Shown here one piece after another: positions 13,203-25,200 of a DNA stretch of 64,000 nt. The notes under the pieces are model-generated. The model searched no databases, was not told the origin of the DNA, and was given only the letters and a program-made list of their open reading frames with translations. The stretch's first letter is position 1, and every line of letters starts with the position of its first letter. Origin of the DNA: Bugula neritina (lineage: Eukaryota > Animalia > Bryozoa); the NCBI GenBank assembly GCA_964035545.1, contig OZ037767.1:1127680-1191679 (forward strand), given 5' to 3'. The position numbers and the translations under genes were made by a program.

Positions 13203-16200
13203 ATGAGGTTAGACAAGAAAGATAGCTTAGTAAATGCTGGTGAGTTTTGATATATTATTATAATAGTATAAATATATACACTTATAGTACGTGACATTGT
13301 ATTATAGGCATATGATGCAGTAATATAAATATATTATAATTATGCCAAGGCCTAAGTACTGGTTTCAGGGGTTTTATTGAACAAAATACCATTTTAGTAT
13401 ATACTAAAACATTTAAAATTGTACAATATGGCATAGCAACAGGCATTTATACAACATTTATAACTAGAAGTTACAATATTAATATATTTAAGCTGGTTAT
13501 ATATATAGTTGTGCATTCCTAATTCTTTTACAACAGAAAGCCAGCATTACTTTTGTAAATTCTAAATTACAAAAGTATGATTAGGGTACGTGTTTTACAA
13601 ACAACATATAAAAAAATATATTTCAAGCTCTCGATATTTGGCATTTAGCCAAGTTTAGATACTTTTTTCTACTTCTGTGAACTATTAGATTTCTTTGACC
13701 TTACATCAAGGTCATTAGCCTAAACAGCTTGTTTCCCTAGATTAGCTTCCCCAGGGCAATAGCAAGCCTTAAATAAGCTGTAATTATGTAATGAATTAGC
13801 TATAAACTCTACCCACTGCATGCATTTAAAAACTATTTTCCTCTATTGGGTAGGGCTGTAATAGCTAAATGCTAATGTATCCATTTTACTAATTAGCAGT
13901 CTTGAAATAAAAGCTAGTATTCAACTGAACTACATTGGCTAGTTATTAAACTTCATTATATAACTGGGTGTTAGTTGTTAAAGTGAAAGGATATAAGCAT
14001 GTGATAACCTCCTCAGGTGAAGGTCACTGCACTCTTGCTGATGCAAGGTTCAGTTGATTTGCTCTCAAGGAAACGCCTGATTAACTGTTGATTTAGCAAG
14101 ACATTGCATTGTGGGGAAGCTTGAATTGCGACAGTATTGAAACAGAGGTCTAACTGAAAATAATTCACCAATCAAAGAGTGTTTTTGATTAGTGCAATAA
14201 TAAAGTCATAACAATGGCTTTCATCACAGTATGAGTGACTGTGGTTGTAGATTTGTACTTTGATCTGGGGAATAATGGAGTACAGTAGTGGAAATTTCCA
14301 CTCTGAGAACTGCGTTGGTGGTTAATGAGTGTGCCCCTGATAATTATTAATATTGACTTCTCCCCTAAAAGCTATTGAAGACAGTTGCTGTCTCTTTCCA
14401 TGGAATTTTTTCCATGCACGTATTTCACAGATATTGTTATTTTATTATTTTTATCAAAAGATCCCATTTCGTTATTTCTATTACACATTTATTTCTATTA
14501 AGCACTTAATTTCTATTTAAATACTGACCAAAACAATGAAATTCGTTCCTGGCTGGTACATACTTTGCTTAGGAAAGTTTAGCACTACTACCGCTGAATA
14601 GATTAAGGGAAATCCCTTGAGCCATCACTCCTTCCACTGCAATCAATAAATTTGCTCAATTTCCAGATTAGCTGAGTAGGGGGCTTGATGTATGATTCCA
14701 TAAATTCTATTGTTTTGACTTTTTTAGAACTGTGGCTTTGTTCATTAGTATCAATGATTAGCTGTCTGTTTGTTTACTTGGCAGCCTGATATAATAGCAT
14801 CAGGAGTGTGCTGTGGGTGGGATTCTCTACTAGCTAATGAATGAATAACTATTTTTATTTCCTCTTACCAGGAAATGACATAAACACACGTAATTTGTTT
14901 ACCTCAATCATCTGTGAGTGCTTAAAGCAAGCAAACATGCATGCAATTATTTTATTATGCAACTGAACTCACGTGGATATGATTTTACCAGATTTACAAC
15001 AACACTCAACTAGTGAACATACTGCATGAATAACACCATAATACTGCATTATATCATAATACCTAATAATCTGGTGGATAATAATTTTATGCTCACAAGT
15101 TTTGTTACCTCCCAAACTCAAGAGTAAAGTGAATAATCTTGTAGATTCGGTAGATGTGACGAACTGCATCGAATGCCTCGACAGCTGTCTAAGTGGAGTG
15201 GAATGTGATTCTGATCTCCACAGAATGAGAGACATCAGTGAAGTCATCAATCTGAGTGACTACTCCGACTGCTCCCGGCAGCGGGAGCAGCGGAAGGTCG
15301 AGTGGCCGAACTCTCCCCTCGACAGAGGCGGTCAGTACAGATTCGCAAGCGTTTCCTGTGCCGAGAAGAAATGCTCAGCGGTGGGAGTGTGAGTAGTGCC
15401 TGATATTCTTCTTAATATCGAATTGTATTTGAATGACTAGTAGAAACATGTAACATAATAATTATAAAGCTTGTTCATAGTTTTTATCATTAAATACTAT
15501 ATTATATTACAGATATATCATGCACTATACTGCATATAATACCATTTAAAAAAATATGTTGTATTATTTTCTATCAATGTTGTTGTATGTTAATTCTATT
15601 CTCGATATTTTTACAGACAAATGTTGGCTGAAGGCGGGTCAGCTGTTGATGCTGCCATAGCTGTGTCACTAGCAATAGGAGTTGAAAGATCTCTGTCTAG
15701 TGGCATTGGTGGAGGCGGTTTTATGACATACTACAGCAGGTGAGCATCCCCCCCCCCCCGCATAGCCTTATGTACTTTCTTAGACATTTGCTAGAGTAGA
15801 CAAAATGTTTACATACACAAAATAGAAATGAAGATAAATAGTACATGATATCAATTTATTGTTCTAGAGAATTGGAAGAATCGTATATCCTAGACTACAG
15901 GGAAACAGCACCTAAGTCAGCCTACAGTACCATGTATGAAGACAGCAACCTAAATACAAAAATAGGTAAGTCTATTGGACATGATGTAAAATGTCTAAAC
16001 ACTCACTCACTTTAATTCTATGACATATTGTATAATACTTGCTGGTGTTATAGGAGGTGGTTCTATTGCGGTGCCGGGTGAAGTATCGGGAATGTGGGAA
16101 GCCCACCAGCGATTTGGTAAACTGAAATGGTCGAGATTGTTTGAACCGGCAATAGAAATGGCGGAGAAAGGCATAAAGCTCAATGGCTACCTTTCTAGAC

Positions 16201-19200
16201 AACTAGCAAAGTACTACCCCGAGTTTGATTCCACACTGCAGTAAGTCATAGTCACAAGTATTAACGAGATGTTAACAAGGGACTAGTGCTCATATTATTA
16301 TTGTGAATCGATTGCATTTCTGCAACATTTGATTTGATTTTGCAGAGAGATATTCACAAACACAGAAACTGGAGAAGTAAAAAAGGAAGGAGATACGGTA
16401 GTGTTTACCAAACTAGCTGAAACTTACAGACGTATAGCAGCAGAAGGACCAGAAACTTTCTACAATGGAAGTCTGAGAGACGATATTGTGGCTGATTTAG
16501 AAGAGCTAGGTTAGTAGAAGTTTGTTTTATATTAACTTGAAAGTTTGATGTTACTTATAGATAGTAATAATAATTTAGAACATAATTATATCAGTTATTT
16601 AACAAAAACCCTTACAAAATTAACTAAATATATTCATGTTAAGTAGAAAAGGAAAAGCCTATAGAAAGGGAATATAGATAAAAATTAACAGAAAAATATT
16701 ATTGTATTGTTTTTAGTTTATTCCTCTTTAGCTATACATTATTTCAGTGAGGAGTAAACAATTTATCTCTGAGAATTCTATATTGATGTTTAATGAGATC
16801 TCGTTAGGATGAGTATTTGTAAATAATATATGGATACAAATATGCCAACTGATGTTTATCTAGAATGTTGTTGTTGCAGACGGGCAAATAGTCACAGCAG
16901 AGGATCTTGCTGAATACAGAACAGAATTGCGGGCACCTGTAACAACCACCCTCAAGAATGGAGGATATACAGTTATATCTCCACCACCTCCATCTGCAGG
17001 TCCAGTCTTACAAGGAATACTCAATATCTTAGACGGTAAGTGTTGAAACTACCCAGTGGCCCCTGCGGTGTAACGGTTAGGGCGCCGGTTTACAATTCGG
17101 AGGTTTGAAACCTAGTGGGTACAAATATTTTACAGTAGGAATATATTATGAAAAAACTTTTAAGTTTCTAAATGCAAATTATTAAATTTGTTTAAATTTA
17201 TCTTCAAAATAAAACCTTTCCATTTCAGGATATCACTTCACCGCAGACTCCATCTCGTCTAAAAGAGAGCACATAGAGTCTACAGCCACCACCTACCACC
17301 GTGTGGTGGAGGCAATGAAGTTTGCCTACTCCACTAGAATGGACCTGGGAGATCCAAAATTTTCCGACGTGTCGGAGGTATGTTGTGGAAAATTACCAAA
17401 AGATTGCATGGCTAATCCATCATCTCCTAATCCAGAGCTGCCAAACGCATTTTTAATGGAATATTTTAATGGAGATGATCATTATTAATCCTGCCAGAAT
17501 AAATTATGACAGTAATTTCCTTTTCTTTAATGGTTCAATTTAACTGATCAATGTAGCTTTTTATGTTAACTTAAAACGTCCATTTTTTATTTGGTTATTA
17601 GATAGTTGAGAATTTAACTGACTCCGAATATGGAGCTGAGTTGAGGAGCAGAATATGTGATGACACAACTCACAGTATAGAGTATTACGGAGCCACAACA
17701 GACTCTAGGAAGACAACAGGAACTAGTCAGATATCCGTACTAGCTGGTAACGGAGACGCCGTATCACTCACCACTTCCATCAATGCGTGGTAAGTCCTAC
17801 ACTCATTAGGAGGGAAGGAGTGACAGCTGTAGACAATGCTTGATATGCAGCTTGTAGACATTAGAAGAGTAGTTTTGTTGAACAATTGATATCTTCAATT
17901 TTTTTATATACATACTAAGCAGAAGTGAATAAAAATTGAACTGAGAATCAAAGGAATAGCCCCACTCTAACATTGCTGAAGGCTGATACATTGTCCTAAT
18001 ACAAGTTTCTTATAAATCATAACATCTAAATTTATATCAAGTTGTACCAGTATTTTTCTGTGCACTGTAGCTTCACAAGTTATATTTATCAACGTTCGAT
18101 ACCATTGTACCTAGTAACCTAAAACAGTTTGCATAACCAAGTGCTGGTAGACTTTCGATTATGACAACCCAATGCTTAATTTCTACATCTCACAAAGGTA
18201 AAAATTTGTAATAAAAATTAGTTGCTAAGCAACAAAACATTCACTTCCTATTTTTGCTTTTAATAGCTGGGGATCCAAAAGAATGGGAAAAAGAACGGGT
18301 ATCATATTCAATAACCATATGGATGATTTCTCTATGCCCGGCACACCAAGTTGGACAGAAGACGCGTGGGTAGCGCCATCTAACTCAGCTAATTGGATAG
18401 AACCAGGGAAGAGACCTCTATCAGCCATGTGCCCTTCGATAGTGACAGACTCAAATGAAGATGTCATTTTGGTCACTGGTGGATCAGGGGGAGCACAGAT
18501 TACCACTGCTACAGCTCTGGTACGTATCAACAGCTGAAGTCAAACTGATCGTTAAGTGAATTCATTACTTCTATTAATAACTGTTTGGTTGGAGGAAACT
18601 TAATTCAATTAATTCATATTTCAGACTATGATAAACTACCTGTGGTTTGGTCACAACCTACTAGATTCTGTATCAAAGCCAAGATTACATAATCAGCTTC
18701 TACCCAACACCATATTCTACGAAAAAGGATTCCCAGAGGTGAGCCGCTGCACAGCTATTATAATTTTGACAAAACTTGATTGTTTGTTTGTTTGTTGTAT
18801 TTCATTAAAATAATATCTAGAAAAACATTAAAAGAAGAAATGTCTTTATAGAAAATACTTTACTAAATTGTGTTTATTTAAAATATTAATATTACACAGG
18901 ATAGTTAAGGGCATCCTCCACATAAATATGATGAATTTGTAGTCTCAGTTCTTAATTATTATTTCTCTGTGGGTGGTGTGCGTGTTGCCTACTAATCATA
19001 ATATAGCATGAGGTTTAGCCGTGACCAATATACAGCCACATCTACTAGAGCTGCACCTCTTCGAATTATTATTATTTGTGCAGTCAATGTTGAGTTTGCT
19101 CAGTGTCTGTGGTTAATTATCATCAATTTATCATAGGCTGCATGTATTACAACATGGCATTCTCTTCTCATCAAGTTACAGCTCAATAATAAGCCTACTA

Positions 19201-22200
19201 TTTGGTGATTGAAATTATATCAATTTAAATTATTATGTTTTACCCAGTTGGATTACAAAAGCCCTCAATACTTTTTTAATCTCGTTACCTTTTGGGAAAT
19301 TTTTTCAGAATGGCTATGTAACAAATAATCTAAATTGTACTCTCTTGTAAACTAAGGTTGAGATCATTGACTATTAGCTTTCTATCCATAGATGCCATTG
19401 GCATGACTGTAACACTTTCTGTGAGAGAAGGCAGTTCTAGTTCTACATCTTTTTAATCAAAGCAGCAAATAGTGATGATATGACTCATCAAACACAGTGG
19501 CCCTGCTTAGTAAGGTAGCATTGTGAAAAATACCAATATGAGAAATATAGTATGGTTATGAGTTTACGGCTAATTTCTATCCCAAACATACATATACAAT
19601 GCATATTTTAGATTAAAGTTTTATTTTGCTATCTATACTACAGATTATTCAAAGCTGTTTAGTGTAAGGCAGTGTACTATATTATATTTTAAAGAATCTT
19701 TCTATTGAACGGGGATGCAAGGATGTTTTATGGCCTTGTGACTACATCACTTCATAATCAATTATCTGTTTTAACATTTAACTAGTGTAGTGAAAATAAT
19801 AAATAACATACTGGAGCCACTTGAACCTTGTAAGAAGCTGACTTCAGTGATGGTAGTTTACTTGTTAATTGGTAATTTAACTAGGTTGGTGCGTCTACGC
19901 ACTATAATAGAGGGAATTTAGGAATTTAAGTCATGGGTGCTTAGGTTGAAATATCAAAAATTTTAATTTATATAAAAATAAAAAATGCAAAACTTAAACT
20001 AATGCTAATCAACAATGCTTATATATAAACTTTCCATTATAAAACTTGTTGCCCAAATTTGGAATTAAACCACAGACATTTGGTTTTTAAGCTGATGAGC
20101 TATGACAGTCACATCAAAACTTCTAAATTCTGCCTTAACCCATTGTGGTCATACAATTAGCTAGGGTGCTGTTTTCGATAGCTACAATTAATATTTGCTA
20201 CAGCCAGACCCACACAACCTGTTGTTTTTGTGGTTGCATTACGTAGGAGCAGTTGCTGCTTGGAATTACTAAAATACAAAAATTGCGCCTTTTCTGACTC
20301 AGTGCAGGGTTATTCAGTTCAGTTACAAACAAGATAGCCATGGGGAAAAATTACAATGAGAATCAGTGTGGATTTTTAGCAACAATTTACTTTATACACC
20401 TTAAATCAGGTGCTGAAGTAGAGCATTTCAACAGAGAGTTTAAAGTCACAAAAGGATTAACTGCCAAGGATTTTAGTAGAAAAAGAAAGCAAGCTAGTAG
20501 GCATTTCAATAACGCCCTATCCTACGTTAATAATAATAAGGAGAAAGAAAAAGATAATTTTGTTTCCTATTTCTCATTTCAAAACTTCAAGAAGCTGTCA
20601 GCAGCAAGTAAACTAAAGCACAACTACAATAATTGCCTAGAATGCGCTGAAAACCATAGACCAATGTGGATAATGAAAAGAAGCAACAAATGCCATCTAG
20701 AGACTCCTGCTAAAACTGCTTTGAATTCTTTAAAAGCTGTATTGGACAAGACACCGACTGAGATAACTGCTACTGTGGTGGATGATTTTGTTAGAAATGT
20801 AATAAAACCAGCCACAGAAAAATTAAAAGGAACACCCTTCTCAGCAAAGTTATCTATTGGCTCAAAGCGTAAAGCAGTGACAGTTGACGCAGTCCCTAAG
20901 AAGGTTCGCAGAGCCATCATCAAGTCTGCCAATGATGAAATGAATGATGAAACCACTAATAAAGATTTCATATCACTCTATGCATCTAAGCAATCACAAT
21001 CAGAGTGGGATGTGCAAAGAAAACGATCATTTGGTGAAATGAGGCAAAACAGAAAGAAATCACACACCGGCAGACTAACTGATTATACATTCAATGAAAT
21101 AGTTGTAAAATCAGCTTTAAAAGAAAATGAGGACATAAATTGGTCTGCTCTAAGCAAGTCAGCAAACTTGAAAAATGCCAACAATAAAGCTCCCAGAAAC
21201 GCAGGCCAGGTAAGACTTAATCAAATTGTAACTACTACTGCTAATTACTTTTTTGACAGAGTTACCATTTTTTATTTTAAATATGTTATCTATGCAGAAA
21301 AAGTTTGACAAGATTATCACCATTACTTTATTTCATCTTTGATGGATCTTCCAAAAACATAAATTGCACACACACATAATATATACTGACATATATACAC
21401 ACACATAATATATACTTACATATATACATACGTATACACACATAATATATATGTCATAGAAGTTGAGCAAAAGTAATATTTGCAAATGTAGTACATCTAT
21501 CATCTATGAAACAGGAGTGTATTGACTTGTTTACCAGGTTATGAAAGAAGTCGCAGAACATGTTTTGAAGCATCCTGTACAAAGAAAGCCAAAAACCCGA
21601 ATATCATGGCTAAATTACAAAAATCTCAGTCTAAATATCAAACGAAAAGCTTCTGTAACTAGGCTAAAAATAAAGAAAAAGCGGATGATAGACAACGGAG
21701 AGATTGATGTTGGGAAAGCCATAGTACCAATAGAATACCAGACTGTACAAGTTCAATCAAATGGCACATTGGTAGGTTGATTACTCCTAAAGTCAATAAC
21801 TGAGCTTTTCAGCACACTTGTACTATGTTACAGTAAGTATAAAGGACTGATAATATCATTTCTTACTTTATCTAGTTATTATTTAAAGTATTTGGTATAT
21901 CATTCTTTAATTTTGCAGGTCAAATCTAAAAAAGAGGTATCTGGTAGAAAGTTCTCTCTTCTAAACATACGGAGAGATCATCTCGCCAGAATGGAAAAGC
22001 TGAAGATTTTAAGATCTGCAGCTGACATAGAAAAGATGTCTGTAGTAGATTCACTAGCTTTCCTGGAGAGAAATGGTAGGATTTGAATTAAGTATATCCA
22101 GAGGCTCATTTGTCTTTAAAACTTGTTCTACAAATAAATGATACTGATTTTCTTAACATAATGAACAACATTCTATGACTTTTGAGATTTATGAGCTACA

Positions 22201-25200
22201 TAAATCAAAACTAGCGCTGCAATAGCTATAGAAAACTTTATTTGAACAAAAAAAGATATTTACAGCTAAAATGCTTGCAATGTGGAGCAAGGCTTATCTC
22301 AATATATCCATGCCTTGTGGAAATCAAAGAAGCCTCAAAATTTCTGTCATCTTTTTAGAGATAAGCTTTTTTAGACTAAGACCAAGTAAATTTAGTCAAT
22401 ATTCCAAAGGCCCATTGCTCCGAAGGTGCATTATTCCGAAGGTGCATTATTCCGAAGGTGCATTAGTCTGAAAATTGGTAGATATAGTATTAAATCACTG
22501 AGAATATCATAAATTTTACTCACAATCTTGCTATATTATTGCTAGCTGTGGGTGGCATGCGTGTGGCCTACAAGTTTGTAATTTTTTAGCCTGAAATTAC
22601 GCTATGATGCTGCCTCAATTAAGGGCTGCATCATCTATCAACATTCCACTGTGGATGCTCCATAAACTAAGTACACAGCAAGCTATTCACTAGCCTGTCA
22701 GCTAGCAAGCCTGTAATTAGTAATCTATGCATTAGTTTCTCTTCATCTCCAAGTGTTCACTGAAGTATGAAGTGTTGTGCAAGGGTGATATAATAAGTAT
22801 TTTTATTTCACAGTTTATATAAAAATAACAGCTATAGGCAATGAACTCAAAATATCCAGTTCAATGGCTATAGCGACTGCAATTCTATTCTAGCTACAGT
22901 CAGTCAGCTTATATAGGCCCTTCACACGTTGACTATTAACTGAAAAACTAAATTAAAAAATATTAAAGGAAGCAAACATTTTGGGTCTAGTGTAGTGCAT
23001 TTATGATAAGCTTAGAAAAAGTTTACCTTGTATTTTATAAAAAATAGTTTGCATTTGAAGTTGGCGTCAAAAAATTATTGGTATTGAATGAAATAGTAAA
23101 TTTCTGGCTTGGCAGTTAATTATTTAATATCACATATTTAATCTCTAAAATTATTTGTAAGCTGCTAAACTGCATTATTCTATGCTAGTATTCTTAATAT
23201 CAGTAAATACGAGCATTGGAGACAAAAAATAATAAACATCTTACTCTGAAATTAAATAACCAAAGCTGCACACCAAACCAAACAACCCTACAAGACATGT
23301 AGATGAGGGCAACATTATTAGTATATAAGAGTTCAGGCCCAAATAAAACCTCACCTAACCTAAAATTTGAAAACCATGTTGCAGATCTTCCTGTTGCTCA
23401 GACTATGTTCAATAAATAATTTTAGTTCTAATAATAGTTCTACTAATTTTCGGACTAATGCACCTTCGGAATATTGCCCAGTCCCCCCTAAAACTACCAT
23501 AAAAAATCAGTCTGGAATGCGCAATCACATTGAATGCAATTCTTTAAAATAATTACTATTAAATGTTTAGGGATAGTGGTTGGCAGTATGGACAGCCCCA
23601 AGGAACGCCTTAAAGAAGCCTCGCAAAGTAGACATATGGTTTTGTGGCATGACCATTCAGAAATTGCTGGTAAACATTTATTGATTCATGTATTTTTGTA
23701 CAAAGAAATGTTAGTTACATAATCAAGCTAAGCTGTTCACCAATATATCTTATATGTATTTTTTTCAGGTAAAAGCCACTACTTGTTCATGGTATGGTTT
23801 TTGTACGACCCATGTACATACTATACAGATGGAGAGTTTTCAAAGATGAACTGCAAAGTAAGCTGATAGAATTATGCAAGCTCAATATAGAACACATTTC
23901 AATTAGGGTCATCTTATTTGGATTAAAGTTGCTACAATAAGCCAAGCTCTCACTACAGTATTACAAGTGTCGTTTAGTCTTTGGTAACAGCAATTACTAA
24001 TGACTAGGTGTTTTAAAGAACAAATGTTGAAATACACCAAAATATTCTGAAACATAAATGTTTACTTTATGCTAATTCAAGAAACACCAGTCAATGTACA
24101 ATCAGTGGTGGAATCACCTTACATCTATCTACTTGCCCAATCCAACTCTTCCGTTAAGGATCAACTTCTTTATGTTCCTACTCGACTAGAAGACCTTAGA
24201 GAATTGGAGGAAAAAATTAGCTCAAAAGATGGACGAACATTTACTGACAAACTAAGATTTTTTTCTGGTGATAGTCCAGCAAGGCAACTAGAAGCTGGGC
24301 AGCAATGTGGAGGTAAGAGTGATAAACTATAAATTGTTTACACAGGATGAAATACAAGATAGCTTTTGCTACAATAATAACAATACGTGTTTGACTTATT
24401 CCATGTATAAATTCCCCAAAAAGAATACATATTTACAAGAAACTATATTATTTATGATGAAACTTGATAAAAACATGCATATGTATGTTCAGGAATGTTC
24501 CCATGTATGTGTGGCACCCAAGACATTTACTTCAGTAACACTAGCAAATATAGCCAAGAAGGAGCTTTCTATAGTTCACAAGACCGCCTTCAGCTGCTCC
24601 ATAAGACAAAAACATGGGAAGATGGTTTTACTAAAGGGAACCTAGCAGTCTTTCAGACAATGAAGGTATGAAATTAAGCTGAGTTATAAATAAACACTGG
24701 TTGGGAGAAACGGCACTTCCATGTAATACATTTATATATGAGCAGCAATAATTACACTTTTTCAGACTGAAGGGCTCAGGAATGAATTGTTTCACAGAGG
24801 GGTTGCCTATTCAAGTGCAGAGAACATTTCAGGGCTAAGAAGAATTTTGAATGTTAGCCTAAAAGGTCAGAAAATTTAGAATGATAAGTTTAAACTATAT
24901 GTGGTTACAGCGTTGTCGGATGAGATACATAGAAAAAATATGGGCTGCATGAAGCCATAGTAACATAGAATAAATCTTCATCCAATCTTAGTTTTGCATC
25001 TAGTGAAAGTAGCGATTCATTGTTATGTATAGACCCACACAAGCTACAGTGGGTGCACACATGTATATATAATCTTTATGAAAAACTTAGTTACGAATAT
25101 AACTTAAGCCTCACATAAGTTTCTAAATACCTACTTTACAGGTGTGAAAAGGCCTCCTGCTCTTCTTTGTACTAAGCTGGAATCACAGATCGATATAGGC

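Noticed and set aside
20624-20971. Antisense ORFs within coding exons (also 5794, 15972, 18225, 27623)
   Set aside because: Shadow ORFs opposite real exons with no independent evidence
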